DNA of 63,957 bases, the filler included, from Octopus bimaculoides (Eukaryota), in assembly GCF_001194135.2 (NCBI RefSeq). It is 6 parts of 5 records of this genome, joined end to end, with 100 filler letters (N's around TTAATTAATTAA, not from the genome) between each part and the next. Parts side by side here need not be neighbours in the genome. Positions count along the whole stretch, not along the records: positions 1 to 9,509 come from NC_069008.1; positions 9,610 to 19,140 come from NC_068985.1; 4 more parts are not named here. The stretch is one strand, 5' to 3'. Made by a program: the position numbers and the translations under genes. This document shows, one piece after another, positions 1 to 12,368 of this stretch. The notes beneath the pieces are model-generated. The model searched no databases. It was not told where the DNA came from and saw only the letters and a program-made list of their open reading frames with translations. Positions within the stretch are counted from its first letter, which is position 1. Each line of letters begins with the position of its first letter.

Positions 1-52
<52 letters not shown>

Positions 53-290
53 TGTATGTATGTGTATGTATGTATGTATGTATGTATATATATATATATA
101 TGTATGTATGTATGTATGTATATATATATATATATGTGTATTTCTATATATGTATATATATATATATATGTGTATGTATTAATGTGCATGCATATATAAG
201 TATGTATATACATGCATACATCCATCCATCCATCTATCCATCCATACATACATACATACATCCATACATACGCACATACATAGACAGTCA
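1..290. repeat. Compound (TA)n/(TATG)n/(CATA)n microsatellite
   Basis: Read directly; explains the MYVC/YIYI ORFs. Confidence 0.95.
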
Positions 291-512
291 CAGAAAGCAT
301 GGAAGAGATCATAATGTTTAACTCGAGCAAAATCTCAATATATGCCTGAATAAACTGTACACCGTATATTCGGTGTGTTCTCCCCTTTTCTTTTACAAAT
401 CCAATAACTTGTATGCATATACATGTGATTATATATATGTGCATGTGCTATCACTCGGTTATGTTTATATACACACACTTAAACATTAACACATCTATAC
501 GTGTGTCTATAG

Positions 513-581
<69 letters not shown>

Positions 582-1730
582 CATACACATACACTTATAT
601 TCTCAGGCTAACATTTCCCCAATCAGAGCCCCCTTCCCTATCTCCATAACTGCACACACCTACAACACCCAGCTCATCAGTGATTCACACAATGTTTCCC
701 CTCAAATGCGCAATTTAGTTTTGATTTGTTATACTTGTGCAGGATCGAACTCATTTCAACCGTGACTTTTCATCGGTGTATCTCTCTTTCCACATCGTTG
801 CTTTCTCTCTCACTCAGTGAGGCAGTTAGTCTGCCTGCCGCATAACAACACACTCCCACACTCATTAACCAACTCATATACACACATGAAAACACTGTGA
901 AAGCACAGTAACATACTTACTTGTACGCACACACATATAGAAACAGGCCTATATATACACAAACAACACATACGAATACGACCACACGTACGCATAGATG
1001 CATATACTATACGTATATACTAAACATTCAAATTCATATCCACAAACGCAGCTTATTCAATTATGTATACTTCGCTTACACACACAAACATAAATTTGAA
1101 TGTGTTTGTATGAGCGTGTGCGATCGCTGTTTTTATAAGTATGCTGGTGTATTGTCATGTTAAAGTATATATACGATGCAATAAGGTGTGTATTCTGTTA
1201 AGATTATTATAATGTTTGTTGGGTGAGATGCTTACGGTATCTATTCCGTTATCGTTTTCCAAGTGAGAAGTCGAATGTGGTAGGTAAAACAAACGCAGGA
1301 AACAATGCCAGTACAAATTCATAATGCTGGAGCGACATACAACCAAACATTACGATAATAATGATGACGATAATGGTGATTGTTTCATTTGCCTCCGGGC
1401 TACATTACAAAGACATTCTACAATTTGTGTAAGGATTTACGTATAGACAATAAGAAAAAGAGAAAGGGTGAGGGAGAACTGCGATAAAAAGTATACAGAG
1501 TCTACATGGTTAGGAATAAGCGAGTGCTGCAGTCCTTTTGATACAGAAGCATTGTATATGCTCTTCAATGTTTTCTGTAATATATAGACATATATGTGAC
1601 TGCCTATGTGTGTATGTATGTATGCATGTATGTATGTCCCTTCTATTTTTTTAATTATTTAAAATCTTCCACTGAGGAGGGAGTCAGTTTCCAGCAAAGA
1701 TACAAGGGATGTAGTTAACACAGACAAATT

Positions 1731-1959
1731 CACATTTGGAACTTGAGAGAAATCTTGCATATTTTTACTGTTCCACTCACAGATTGCACTTGTTACGTAC
1801 AAATTAGCCGGTCGATTTCTCTTTCTGAAAATCCCAGATAATCCAGATTCTTCTTTAAGTATTTACTAACAAAATGTAGTGCTCCTATTATCATTGGTAT
1901 GAATATGAATTCATAGTCTGCGTACAGAAGCTAGAGGTTTTGAAGTAGTTGTCCATAGA

Positions 1960-1966
<7 letters not shown>
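1731..1966 (-). mobile_element. Decayed 3' end of an RLE-type non-LTR retrotransposon
   Basis: Minus frame EDIYGQLLQNL*LLYADYEFIFIPMIIGALHFVSKYLKKNLDYLGFSEREIDRLICT*QVQSVSGTVKICK, with the P-x-I-I-G-A-L motif of the RLE C-terminus and two stops. Confidence 0.7.
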
Positions 1967-1992
<26 letters not shown>

Positions 1993-2793
1993 GATTTCCA
2001 AAGCGATATTTATATCTGCAAAGCAGCTAACCTCTATGATAGCTCATACATTTACCCTCCCTGTCCCAAACATCAAAATCCGGCTTGTTATGCTTACGTA
2101 CGTACGTACGTACGTATGTATGTATGTATGTATGTATGTATGTATGTATGTATGTATGTATGCGTGCATGCATGTGTGCGTATGTATGTATGTATGTATG
2201 TATGTACAACGAGGGTCATTCAAGGAACGTCATACACTCAGGATTACCATGATGACCAGTGGCATGAACTCTCACCTAACTGTTCTTCCATGCTTAGAGT
2301 TGTTCTGTTTACCGTAGATAATCAGTTACTGTTTAACAAATTGGAGCCCCGAGGTAACATCTTATCCTTTCCCCACCCCATCACGCAATTTTCGTTATAG
2401 CTGGGGCGACCTCCTCAAAAGGTTCGGCCAATAGACAGATCCGTCGAATATGCGACAACAGATATTCGACATAACTTCACAAGCCGTCAATGTTTGGACA
2501 CCGCAAAAGTGTCTTCGGTTTTTTGGGGGGTTTTTTTTCTTTGTTTTATTAAAAGAATTTTTTTCTTATTTCTTATTCTCTCAAAGTCCAACGTCCTGGT
2601 TTTTAAAATAGATCTAACGCATAAACAAAATCTGAAAAATTGCTTGGAGATACATGATGTGTTTTATAAATCTGCTTGTTTAAAGTATAGTAGTAAAAGC
2701 ATGAAACTATTAGTAGCTCTTTTGTAATCTGTGTATTAAGTGGATATTTATCGTTGGGTGGAGCAGTAGCTTTGCAGATTCTACCCATATTGG

Positions 2794-2839
<46 letters not shown>

Positions 2840-2840
<1 letters not shown>

Positions 2841-4375
2841 GAAATAGAAACGGAATTACTTAAACTAAGAGTATCAAGCTACGAACGAAAATATAAGATC
2901 ATTGGTGAAGAAATGCATATCGATCTACTAACACATGCTGATGGACATCTTTTGGAAAGTTCTCTTGAACTATGGAAAGAAACGTGTGAATCAGAAGAAA
3001 TATTCACAAACGTGAGTATTGCATTCTCAATGATGCACCACTTTATTCCATTCCTAAGAACTTTTCAGTCTTTTTTTTTTAATAGTGTGTCATATCCTTT
3101 TTATGAAACTTTTTTATATTTAATTTTTTTTTTTACATGGCTAGTGAAATAATAGACAAAGAGAAACAAATACGTTGGGAAAAAATATATTCAAGGGAAT
3201 ATATTTAACACTCAGCGAAGAAGCTCGAAACAAGTAATACATTTAATATGCTTAGACAGAAAAAAACAGTCTTCTAATAATTCACATTAACGTAATTACA
3301 AGAATCGTTTTTTTTAGACCCAGTCCAGAGAAACAGGGACACACAGAGCAACAAAACAAATATGAAAATCCCAAAGTAATAAACTTATCAAAGAAGATCC
3401 TTTCAACAGTAAAAATCAACATACAGCAGCTTTGAAGCTGAAACAATTCAAAGATTCAAGATTAAACTTAAAGATACTAACAAAAGGACTAAAATCTACC
3501 CAACCTCACTCAGATCTAATCAGAATGAAATCAAAGACAATATTATGGAAATTTGCCGAAAATTTCTACTTACAGAAGCACTATTTAACTATAATAACGA
3601 CGGTGATTCACTTGTTAAAAACAAGAGCAATCATCTTCCACCTAAAGGTAGAAACAAAACACTTGATGACTTTTATGATTACATTCTGAATTGCCCACAT
3701 GAAACCTTACACAAACAAAGAATTGACTCAAAATTTAGCACTACTGCATGAAAAAAGCATAATGATAAATAATTGACGATTAAAGAAGCCAATAAAAGAA
3801 GTGCTGTAGTACTGATGGACACAGAATACTACAAAAACCTAGAAATGTCCACGCTAGAAAACGATTCCTACTACGAGAACGCTGAAAATTATAAACAGCA
3901 GAAAATAAAGCAAAATCTTTTATTCTTAATTCATCAACATGGCAAAGGTCTGACATACAAAGAAATCGACTTTATGAAAATTTTAAATGCAAACCTAGTC
4001 TTTTCTATGATTATCAAAAATCTACAAGAGCCAGGTAATTACACAAGTCTACAAAGTGTCATCAGACATATAATTTAATGTCCAATTGCCACGAGATTTA
4101 AAACTAAGACCCATTGTAGCTAGCCCATCATATGAAACTCATTGCTTAAGCAACTTTCTTGATATCTTACTGAAATATATCAAGAGCTTCATTAGAGACG
4201 ATTTAGACATGCTAAATCATCTCTAAAAACAATCAATGAAGAGATAGTTATGATATCCTTCGAAGTTGTGAACCAATACAATAATATCCCCCATACGACT
4301 ATGGAGTAGAATCAATCAAATTCTGGTCGGAAAGCTATCCATAACTATCATTTAGGGAGATATTCATCCGTAAAT
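2840..4375 (+). mobile_element. Penelope-like element fragment (N-terminal region and first half of RT), frameshifted
   Basis: KILTKGLKSTQP, EICRKFLLTEALF and TIKEANKRSAVVLMDTEYY match the PLE motifs L-x-KGLKF-x-PTP and IKxADKGxAVV-x-MD. RT-like MISFEVVNQYNNIPH lies near 4250. Confidence 0.75.
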
Positions 4376-4379
4376 TACC

Positions 4380-5860
4380 ACTCCAGGACCAATTCTTTAT
4401 ATCTCAGACCGAGAACAAGGACCAACGGCAGTTAACAAAAGCGGCTGACAAATATTTTTTGTTTAGCGGGTTTACGATCAGCGCCTTAAGGTCGGCTCCT
4501 AGACATGGTGAGGTTACACGAGATGGTTTGTGTTCTTATCCCAAGATGTTCGGATCAAGAGCCACCAAGTGTAAACGACCATACGGCTTCAAGAGCTTTT
4601 CGTCATCAGTCCCGGGAAACTCCAGGGTTGGTCACCGTTAAACACCCTGGTGGCCGGTAAACACGATCAACTGCTCTTGTATGTCCACGATCGGAGCTCT
4701 GGACGAAGATTCCTAATCGACACAGGAGCAGAAGCCAGCATGATCCCAGCAACCACACGGGACCTCCGTTACGGAGAGCGAGGTCAACCTTTAGCAGCCA
4801 CCAATGGTTCTATAATCAAAGTGTACGGACGCTGTAGTCTCTCTCTTCACATCAGCTCACAAACGTATACATAGGTATTCATTATCGCTGATGTCCATCA
4901 GCCTATTATCAGAGCAGGCTTTCTTCCAGCCCACTTACTGCCCACCAATCTTTGAGGGAAACGATTCGTTAACGGCAACACTTATGCCTCTGTTTCTCAG
5001 GCAATATCTGCACATGCTGCCCCTCGTATTGTAGCTGCCTCTCAGACGACCAAGAATGAGTTTTCAGACCTCCTTGTGTGCCACCTGAATCTTCCTATCC
5101 ACATTCTCCAAACCCACAACCCACCATAGAGTGAAGCACCACATTCCCACTACCGGCCCTCCATTACACAGCTGCGTGCGTCATCTACCATCATACAAAC
5201 TTGCTATTGGATGGGTCGAGTTCGACAATATGGAATCTTTGGGTATCATTCGTTGATCAAGCAGTCCCTGGCCAACACCAGCACAAGTGGCATCAAAACC
5301 TTGCCATGATTATTGCCATCTCAGCCGAGTTAGCCGGGTGTTCAATTTTCTCGAAGGTGCCCTCATCCACAGTTACCACCAAATATCTGTACGAGATGAT
5401 AACTACCGTGATCACTCTTTTTCAGCTGTACGAATTTCTACGTACGCGTACAGACTTCGGCCTAAAAAACGCTGCACAATCGTTTGAACGCTTGATGAAC
5501 ACCATGTGTATGGGTCTAGATTTTCCCTCTGCTTACCTAGATGACATCCTTATCGCAAGCCAAAATGTGGAGCCACACATGAAGCGCCTAGTGATCCTTT
5601 TTTGATAGACTGGAGCAGCAATACCGTTTGGTAGTCAATCACGCCAAGTGTCTTTGGTATTAAGGAAATCAACATTCTTGGACATCGAATCAAGGAGCTG
5701 ACGTTACACACCTACAAGAAAAAGTGAAAACTATCCTATCCTTTCTACGACCCATCACAAGGGAGGCTCTGCACCAACTTGCGGCTATGGTAAACTTTTA
5801 CCATCCATGTTGTATCTCATACTCTCACCAAGTGCGCATATCTTCCGCCAAATAGACTGT
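4380..5860 (+). mobile_element. Ty3/Gypsy internal fragment (gag end, aspartic protease, RT), decayed, no LTRs seen
   Basis: Gag-end FGSRATKCKRP; protease LLYVHDRSSGRRFLIDTGAEASMIP; RT FGLKNAAQSFERLMN and AYLDDILIAS; many stops and frameshifts. Confidence 0.9.
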
Positions 5861-6499
5861 CCGAGATGAAAAACACACCCAACTACTTCTAAATGCGGTA
5901 ATACAGAAACAAATGAATTATGGAGAGCTTTTTTTCAATTTGCCCTTAAATCCTGCACAGCAGACAGAACACGATGAAAGGAAGCTTCTTTTTTGTCAGG
6001 AAATAAGGCAAATAGCCTGGGTACACATGACCCTCCAATAATGTAGCGTGAAAAGCTGACACCACAAACTAGGAGAAACCTTAAAAGTCCCATCTGAAAA
6101 ATTGGTCCAACTTTCAGAGATTTCTAAATCATCAAAGCCTTTTTCTGAAGAAAAAAAGCTAAAATTCTGACTAAGTCATCGATGCTACTGTCAAAGACCA
6201 AAATCAAAGACCCATTTCTAAGTATTTAACTGCATCAGGAATTTCAAACCCTGAACAACAGGCTGGAAGTGCTGGGATTCCTAAAGCATGCTGCCTCGAG
6301 TTACGTGTGTTACGTGAAAGTCCAGGAATAGTTGCAACAGTGACTGTGCTTCCTCATCGAGATTTTATACAGCAGTAACTATTACTTCCTGTGAAGATAC
6401 TGTGCCCATTCTCATTACTTCACTTTCGATTGAATTAACTGCCTTTCGGGCATTAACAAGTGCACTGACTGCTGAGTGATTATATACGCGAACACGCGC

Positions 6500-6690
<191 letters not shown>

Positions 6691-6729
6691 CACATATTCC
6701 ACTGCGATTAGTAAAACACGCAGACAATA

Positions 6730-8260
6730 AGTAATTAAAATATATAGGTACTGAATGATTTCAAAAAACATCGCTTTCAATGAATTGTTGAACAACATAT
6801 AGAGATTGAAAAGTAAAATAAGTATTAAAAGAAAAACACCCCTAATAAGTAATGATAAGACACCAACTAAGAACGAAAAAAAAACAAATACAACGTGTGA
6901 TTGAAAACCACAATGGTTGAATGAATACACACCAGAGACATAGCTGAAGAACACGAAAGACAGTCAATGACAAATGCAAACATAAAAGATGAATTATTAC
7001 GAAAAGTAAAAACAGTCACAAAAAATGTTTGGAATGCAAAGGTGTTGAGTGATTGAAAAAAAAAAAAACAGTCGGAAAAATCATTTAAAAAATTCGCTAA
7101 CTACAGACAGTGAGTGATCGAAGAATAATGACGATGAATGAAGGTTCTTTCTTCTTATCGAGTCCACAGAGAGAAGGTGAAACGATTAGTGAAGCCACGA
7201 TGTAAACTTTCCCTTCTTGGTCCTCCACGTAGTTCATTTTTAAAAAATGAGGTTTGAAATTAACCCTGGTAGTTGACTATTATTTTATATATCGACTTGG
7301 AAGGGATGTATGGTAACATTGATCTCGGCATTAGAATCAGAGCGCAAGAACTGGAACAAATGCGGCAAGGCATTCCACTTGACACTCGTTAAGAAATTGA
7401 AACCCACGGCGATGTGAAAATACGCTGTAAGATTGGAAAGCGCATACAATGAGCTTTTGCAATAGACAGGCAACAAACAAAAATACTGGTTTAGAGTGAT
7501 TAAAAAACAAAGACAGTGAAGGATTGAAAGAGACAGACAACAACTGATTGAGAAGCACAGAAGACGAATGATTAAAAGAAACAGGCAATGAATTAGGGGG
7601 AAATAGATATAATAAATGACTGAGAAATGCAGGCGATTAATGATTGAAAAATAATGATTAGTTATTGAATAATTAAAGAGAAACAAACATCAAGTGACTG
7701 CAAATTCACAAGCGATAAATGATGTGAGATTGAAAGACACAGACGATGAGTAGTAGGGAAATGCATACAAGGAACTATTTAAAAACACAGATAAGGAGTG
7801 AATGGGGTGGGGTAAAACAGACAATGGGGAATTAAAAAAACAAAAATACAGTTAATAGGAAAAGAGAGGCGATGAATGATTGAAAACGCAGATGATGAAT
7901 TAGTGATGAATTAGTGAAAGTAACTTTGCAAACATTTGAAAATTGTTCAAAAGAACAATTCAAAGGAATTATTGAAAGAAGAAAGAAAATGATAAAAATT
8001 CGATGTAACGAAACAAAAGGTTCAAAGATGCAAAGCGAAATTTGAAAAATAAAAACAAATAAAAGTTATAGATAAATGGTTGAAAGATTCAGTTGAATAG
8101 TTTGTGCGAATCAAATAGCTGAAGGACAAAAACCGGACAATTGAATTGGAACTATAGATCGGAGACAAAAGAAAAGAGAAAGAAAGAGAAATTCAGAAGA
8201 CAAAATAAAATGGAAAACCAGAGTAAGAAAGAAAATATTTAAAACCACGAAAATCAACAA
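6730..8260. repeat. Purine-rich degenerate repeat tract
   Basis: Recurrent short motif like GA(T/C)GAATGATTGAAAA at irregular spacing; no credible ORF. Confidence 0.5.
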
Positions 8261-8344
8261 AAATATTAATAATGGCTTCTAATTTAGACGCGGTGACGAT
8301 TCTACCAGCTCACCATAATGATAATAATAATGATTTCAAATTTT

Positions 8345-8545
8345 GGCACAAGACCAGCAGTTACGGAAGAGGGGGTAAGTCGATTAAATCGATCCCAGTG
8401 CTCCACTGGCACTTATATTATCGACCCCGAAAGGCCAAATGGCAAAGTCGACCTCGGCGGAATTTGAACTCACAACTTAAACACGGACAAAATGCTGCGA
8501 AGCATTTTGTATGACGTGCTAACGATTTTACCAGCTCTCCGCCCA
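8345..8545 (-). mobile_element. tRNA-type SINE, family A
   Basis: Reverse complement contains GAGTTCAAATTCCGCCGAGGTCGACTTTGCC (B-box-like) and CGGGGTCGATAATATAAGT; same core recurs at 9.3, 24.1, 24.8, 46.9 and 62.6 kb. Confidence 0.85.
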
Positions 8546-8654
8546 AAGGTATATGATGATGATAATAATAATAATAATAATAATGATAATAATAATGATG
8601 ATAATAATGATGATGATGATGACGATAATAATAATAATAAAAATAATAATAATA

Positions 8655-9254
8655 ATGCTCACTATGCATGCAGGACCCCAGGAGTTCCAACAAAACCTGT
8701 GATAAAAAGAAATAATAAACTATTCCAACACAATGGAATGACAACAGAAAAATGATAGGTATAGGCTCACAGCAGAAAAGGTCTCAGAAAATGAGAAAGC
8801 AACCATACTCTGGGTTATGTTAATACACACAGATAGAGAAATCAAGGCTTATAGACCGGATATAGTTGTCAGGGATCACCAAAAAGAGAAAAAAATGCCT
8901 TCTAATCGATGTACCAATACCAACAGATGACAATGTACCTCTAAACGAAATAGAATACAAAGATCTGGAAATAAAGGTAACTCGAATGTGGAGCCAAAGA
9001 AGAGAAACAATTCCTATAATAGTAGGTGCATTAGGTATGAGAAAACAAAATTCAGACAAATATATAACCAAAACACCAGGACTTACAAATGTATATAACA
9101 CAGAAAATAGCACTACTAGGTCCCGCGTACATCCTACGTAAAGCACTTTCAATACAATGAAAATAAGAGCACTAAAACAAACCACAACACATACCCAAGG
9201 CACACAGAGCTGCGCTCGGCCGTGCAGTGAAAGCATATGATAAAAATAAGACTA

Positions 9255-9260
<6 letters not shown>
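8655..9260 (+). mobile_element. 5'-truncated R4/Dong-like LINE 3' end (RLE domain) between (AAT)n tracts
   Basis: EKVSENEKATILW, RPDIV, KKCLLIDVPIPTDDNV, YKDLEIKVTRMW, TIPIIVGALG; (AAT)n on both sides. Confidence 0.85.
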
Positions 9261-9295
<35 letters not shown>

Positions 9296-9296
<1 letters not shown>

Positions 9297-9465
9297 CCTT
9301 TCTGCTATAGGCACAAGGCCTGCAATTTGGGGGTGAGGAGTCTAATCGATTACATCGACCCCAGTGCATAATTGGTACTTATTTCATCGACCCTGAAAGG
9401 ATGAAAGCCAAAGTCGAGCTCAGTTGAATTTGAACTCAGAATGTAAGGACGGACGAGATGCTGAA
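9296..9465 (-). mobile_element. SINE family A
   Basis: Same core as the 8345-8545 copy. Confidence 0.85.
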
Positions 9466-9509
9466 TACTACTACTACTACTACTGATGATGATGATGATG
9501 ATGAGGAGG

Positions 9510-9609
9510 NNNNNNNNNNNNNNNNNNNNNNNNNNNNNNNNNNNNNNNNNNNNTTAATTAATTAANNNNNNNNNNNNNNNNNNNNNNNNNNNNNNNNNNN
9601 NNNNNNNNN
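9510..9609. other. Artificial gap linker N44-TTAATTAATTAA-N44 (also 19185, 40138, 57027, 59690)
   Basis: Identical 12-mer with stops in all six frames centred in 100-base gaps, five times. Confidence 0.95.
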
Positions 9610-9692
9610 ATATATATATATATATATATATATACACATTTATTCATCTATGTATGAATGTATGTAAATACATATTAATTTATTTATTCATT

Positions 9693-9850
9693 GGCGCAGG
9701 CATGTCTATGTGGTAAGAAGTTTATCACCCAACTTCTTGGTTGTAGACTCAGTTACTCTGCCTGGCAAATGTTTTCTGCTATGTCCCTTTTCCATCCAAA
9801 GCCTTTTGGGTGAATGTGGTATTCGATAACTGAAACCCATCGTACGTGTA
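9693..9850 (+). mobile_element. SINE family B, 5' part, degenerate
   Basis: GGCGCAGG...TGTGGTAAGAAG head similar to 42652-43028. Confidence 0.7.
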
Positions 9851-10869
9851 TGTATAACAATATCTCACTTTATGGGTATAAAACTGATATAGACAATTAA
9901 TATATATTAAAGCAGGAGGTTGATTTTTTTTTTCTTTAAATCCTATGTATTTCAATGCCCATGACAAAGGATAGGCGGCGGTGTAAATTCTAATTCACTT
10001 CTTACTCAGATTACGATTTTATAACGCTACATGGAGTACTGATGCCGTCCTTTTCATTTGCAAAAAAAAATACATATTAATTAAGACGTATGTATTATAA
10101 AACATTTCGTGATTTGTGTAAAATTGTGTTGTAGTAACCTTTAACGTTAATTAAGACCAGACATCAAATCTTGTGGTCTCATTAAAATAACTAATAATTA
10201 TAATCAATGTGTAAAAATTGATGGGGCTTAACCGTTGTTCTATTATTGATCAACAGAGAGTTTGTTGGAAACTGAATCACACATCAAACGCTAAGATGGA
10301 AAAAAAAATTAACATCGGCATTGCCATGGTCAATGTTCCTACCAATTGACTTTCTTTCATATCATTACCATTATTATTCAAGCAACTTTTATTCCATTTA
10401 TGTTGATCTGATGGAAAGAATTTTTATCAGCAGTTACTGTTATCTCTCTTATATTTAAAACATTCCAGAGAATTTCGTGAGACACCAACTGCACAATTTT
10501 TAGTTAACATTAAATTGTTTTTGTATGTAGCTTGACATAAAAGAAACATTTATGTGTGTGTGTGTTTACATGTACCATGTATACATGTATGTAAATGGAT
10601 ATAAACATATTTTAACGTACTAATACTTATTAATTAGTAATGTTGTAACGTTATAGATGAGGTGAACAATCATATGATATTTCTCTATATATCTTATGCT
10701 ATCTACAGCAATCAAATAAATAGATGACAAAAGAACTGGAGATATGTAATCACATTCATTAGCTTACAGCTATTTCTGCTGTTATGTCAGGTTGCTTACG
10801 ACAGTCAAATTCTTCTTCTACGTCTGTTTGCTTATGTAGACATATATGTATAGACATATACATTATTCG

Positions 10870-11175
10870 ACATGATTCTTAGCCTGGGGGCTAAGTTTTC
10901 TCTCCAATTCGAGCAACTACTTCTCTGCTTTGACAAGTTACAACTCAGATGCTATAGACATGTGATTATAATGTCGCTGGAAAGAATCCCAAATAAGGTT
11001 CTTCAGGCCGAGCCCACTGGAACAGTACCTAGGGTTAGACCATGAGCGAGGCTCAGTTGGTCATCCTTGAGAATCCATCCAGAAAGTGCAATGACGGTGG
11101 CATTTAATAGGACCCTATGTAGGACAGGCCTGAGGATTCTGCGCCCAAAACCCTCCCAAGAAAATTAAACAGATA
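10870..11175 (+). mobile_element. RTE-like LINE 3' fragment
   Basis: KLQLRCYRHVIIMSLERIPNKVLQAEPTGTVPRVRP resembles the RTE C-terminal LRWxGHV...RIP...RGRP pattern. Confidence 0.65.
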
Positions 11176-11189
11176 AAATAGAGGGAGAG

Positions 11190-11830
11190 ATGGATGGGAG
11201 TGTGAGGCAGGGAATTATGGGGGTATTGAACTTGAGTGTGACGAGTATGATGTTAATGTTGATGGCAGTAATATATATAAGGAATAAGATTTCAATGGCG
11301 ATGATGTGTTCTACCATAAAGGGGATGATGACGACGACGACGACAATGCCTACGACAGAAAAGGTCGTGTTCATGACGATGAAAATGCTGCTGCTGCTGC
11401 TGTTGCCGCTGATGATGATGATGATGATGATGATGAGGATGATGATGATGATGATGATGATGATGTCGATGATAATGATGATAATGAAGATGACGATGAT
11501 GATGATGATGATGATGGATGACGACGACGACGATGAGGATTATGGTTATTGTGGTGGTAGTAGTGGTGGTGGCGGTGCTGGCGGGGGTTGTGTAGGTGGT
11601 GGTGGCTGTAGGGATGATGACAACAAAGTTGATGATGATGATAATGATGACAACGACTATGTCGATGATGGTAACAATGATCGTGGTGGTTGTGGTCGTT
11701 GTGATGGCGGTGAAAGGGATGATGACAATGATGACGATGATAATGACGATGATGGTGACGACGACGATGATGATGAAGGGGATAATTTCAATGTTGATGA
11801 TGATGATGGTAACAAGAATATGAAGGAAAT
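11190..11830. repeat. Cryptic trinucleotide low-complexity tract (GAT/GAC/GGT)
   Basis: Read directly; source of the poly-M/poly-D ORFs. Confidence 0.9.
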
Positions 11831-12316
11831 AAAGTGTGTATTGACAACAACACTACAAACATCTGTCTGAGCATCAAATTAATATTCAGACTTCATTCCG
11901 ATGACAGAGTTCGCTGCCAAATATTGGAAAGAACACAAAACTGTGATGATCTGACAAGAGAAGAAATTATTATTAGAAATTATTTATCAGAATATGTGAG
12001 AATATATATACATAATATGCTTTATCTCTATATATTATGTTAGATTACTTTAAATCGCCTAGTTCAAAAAGTCGCTCATCAATCGTCTTATAGATTTAAT
12101 ATTATTCTGGACTCCATGACGACTGGAGAGCAGTGAACATGGCAGTGTATAAATAATCAGGACAAAGAATATCTAGCATTAAACAGAAACATTAGTTTCA
12201 ACTTAGTTTGCTGTTGAATATTTATCTTTATTCAGCCGGCAACTTTTTAATTTCTTTCTCTATTATACAGATTTGTTGGTAAGCCTCCAAGACTGATTCC
12301 TCTGTACTTAAATCTC

Positions 12317-12368
<52 letters not shown>

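Noticed and set aside
9554-9565. Palindromic TTAATTAATTAA islands within N runs (five sites)
   Set aside because: Always centred in 100-base gaps with 44 N each side; a six-frame-stop assembly linker, not biology.
11190-11870. 226-aa Met/Asp/Gly-rich ORF
   Set aside because: Product of trinucleotide low-complexity DNA, open in several frames.
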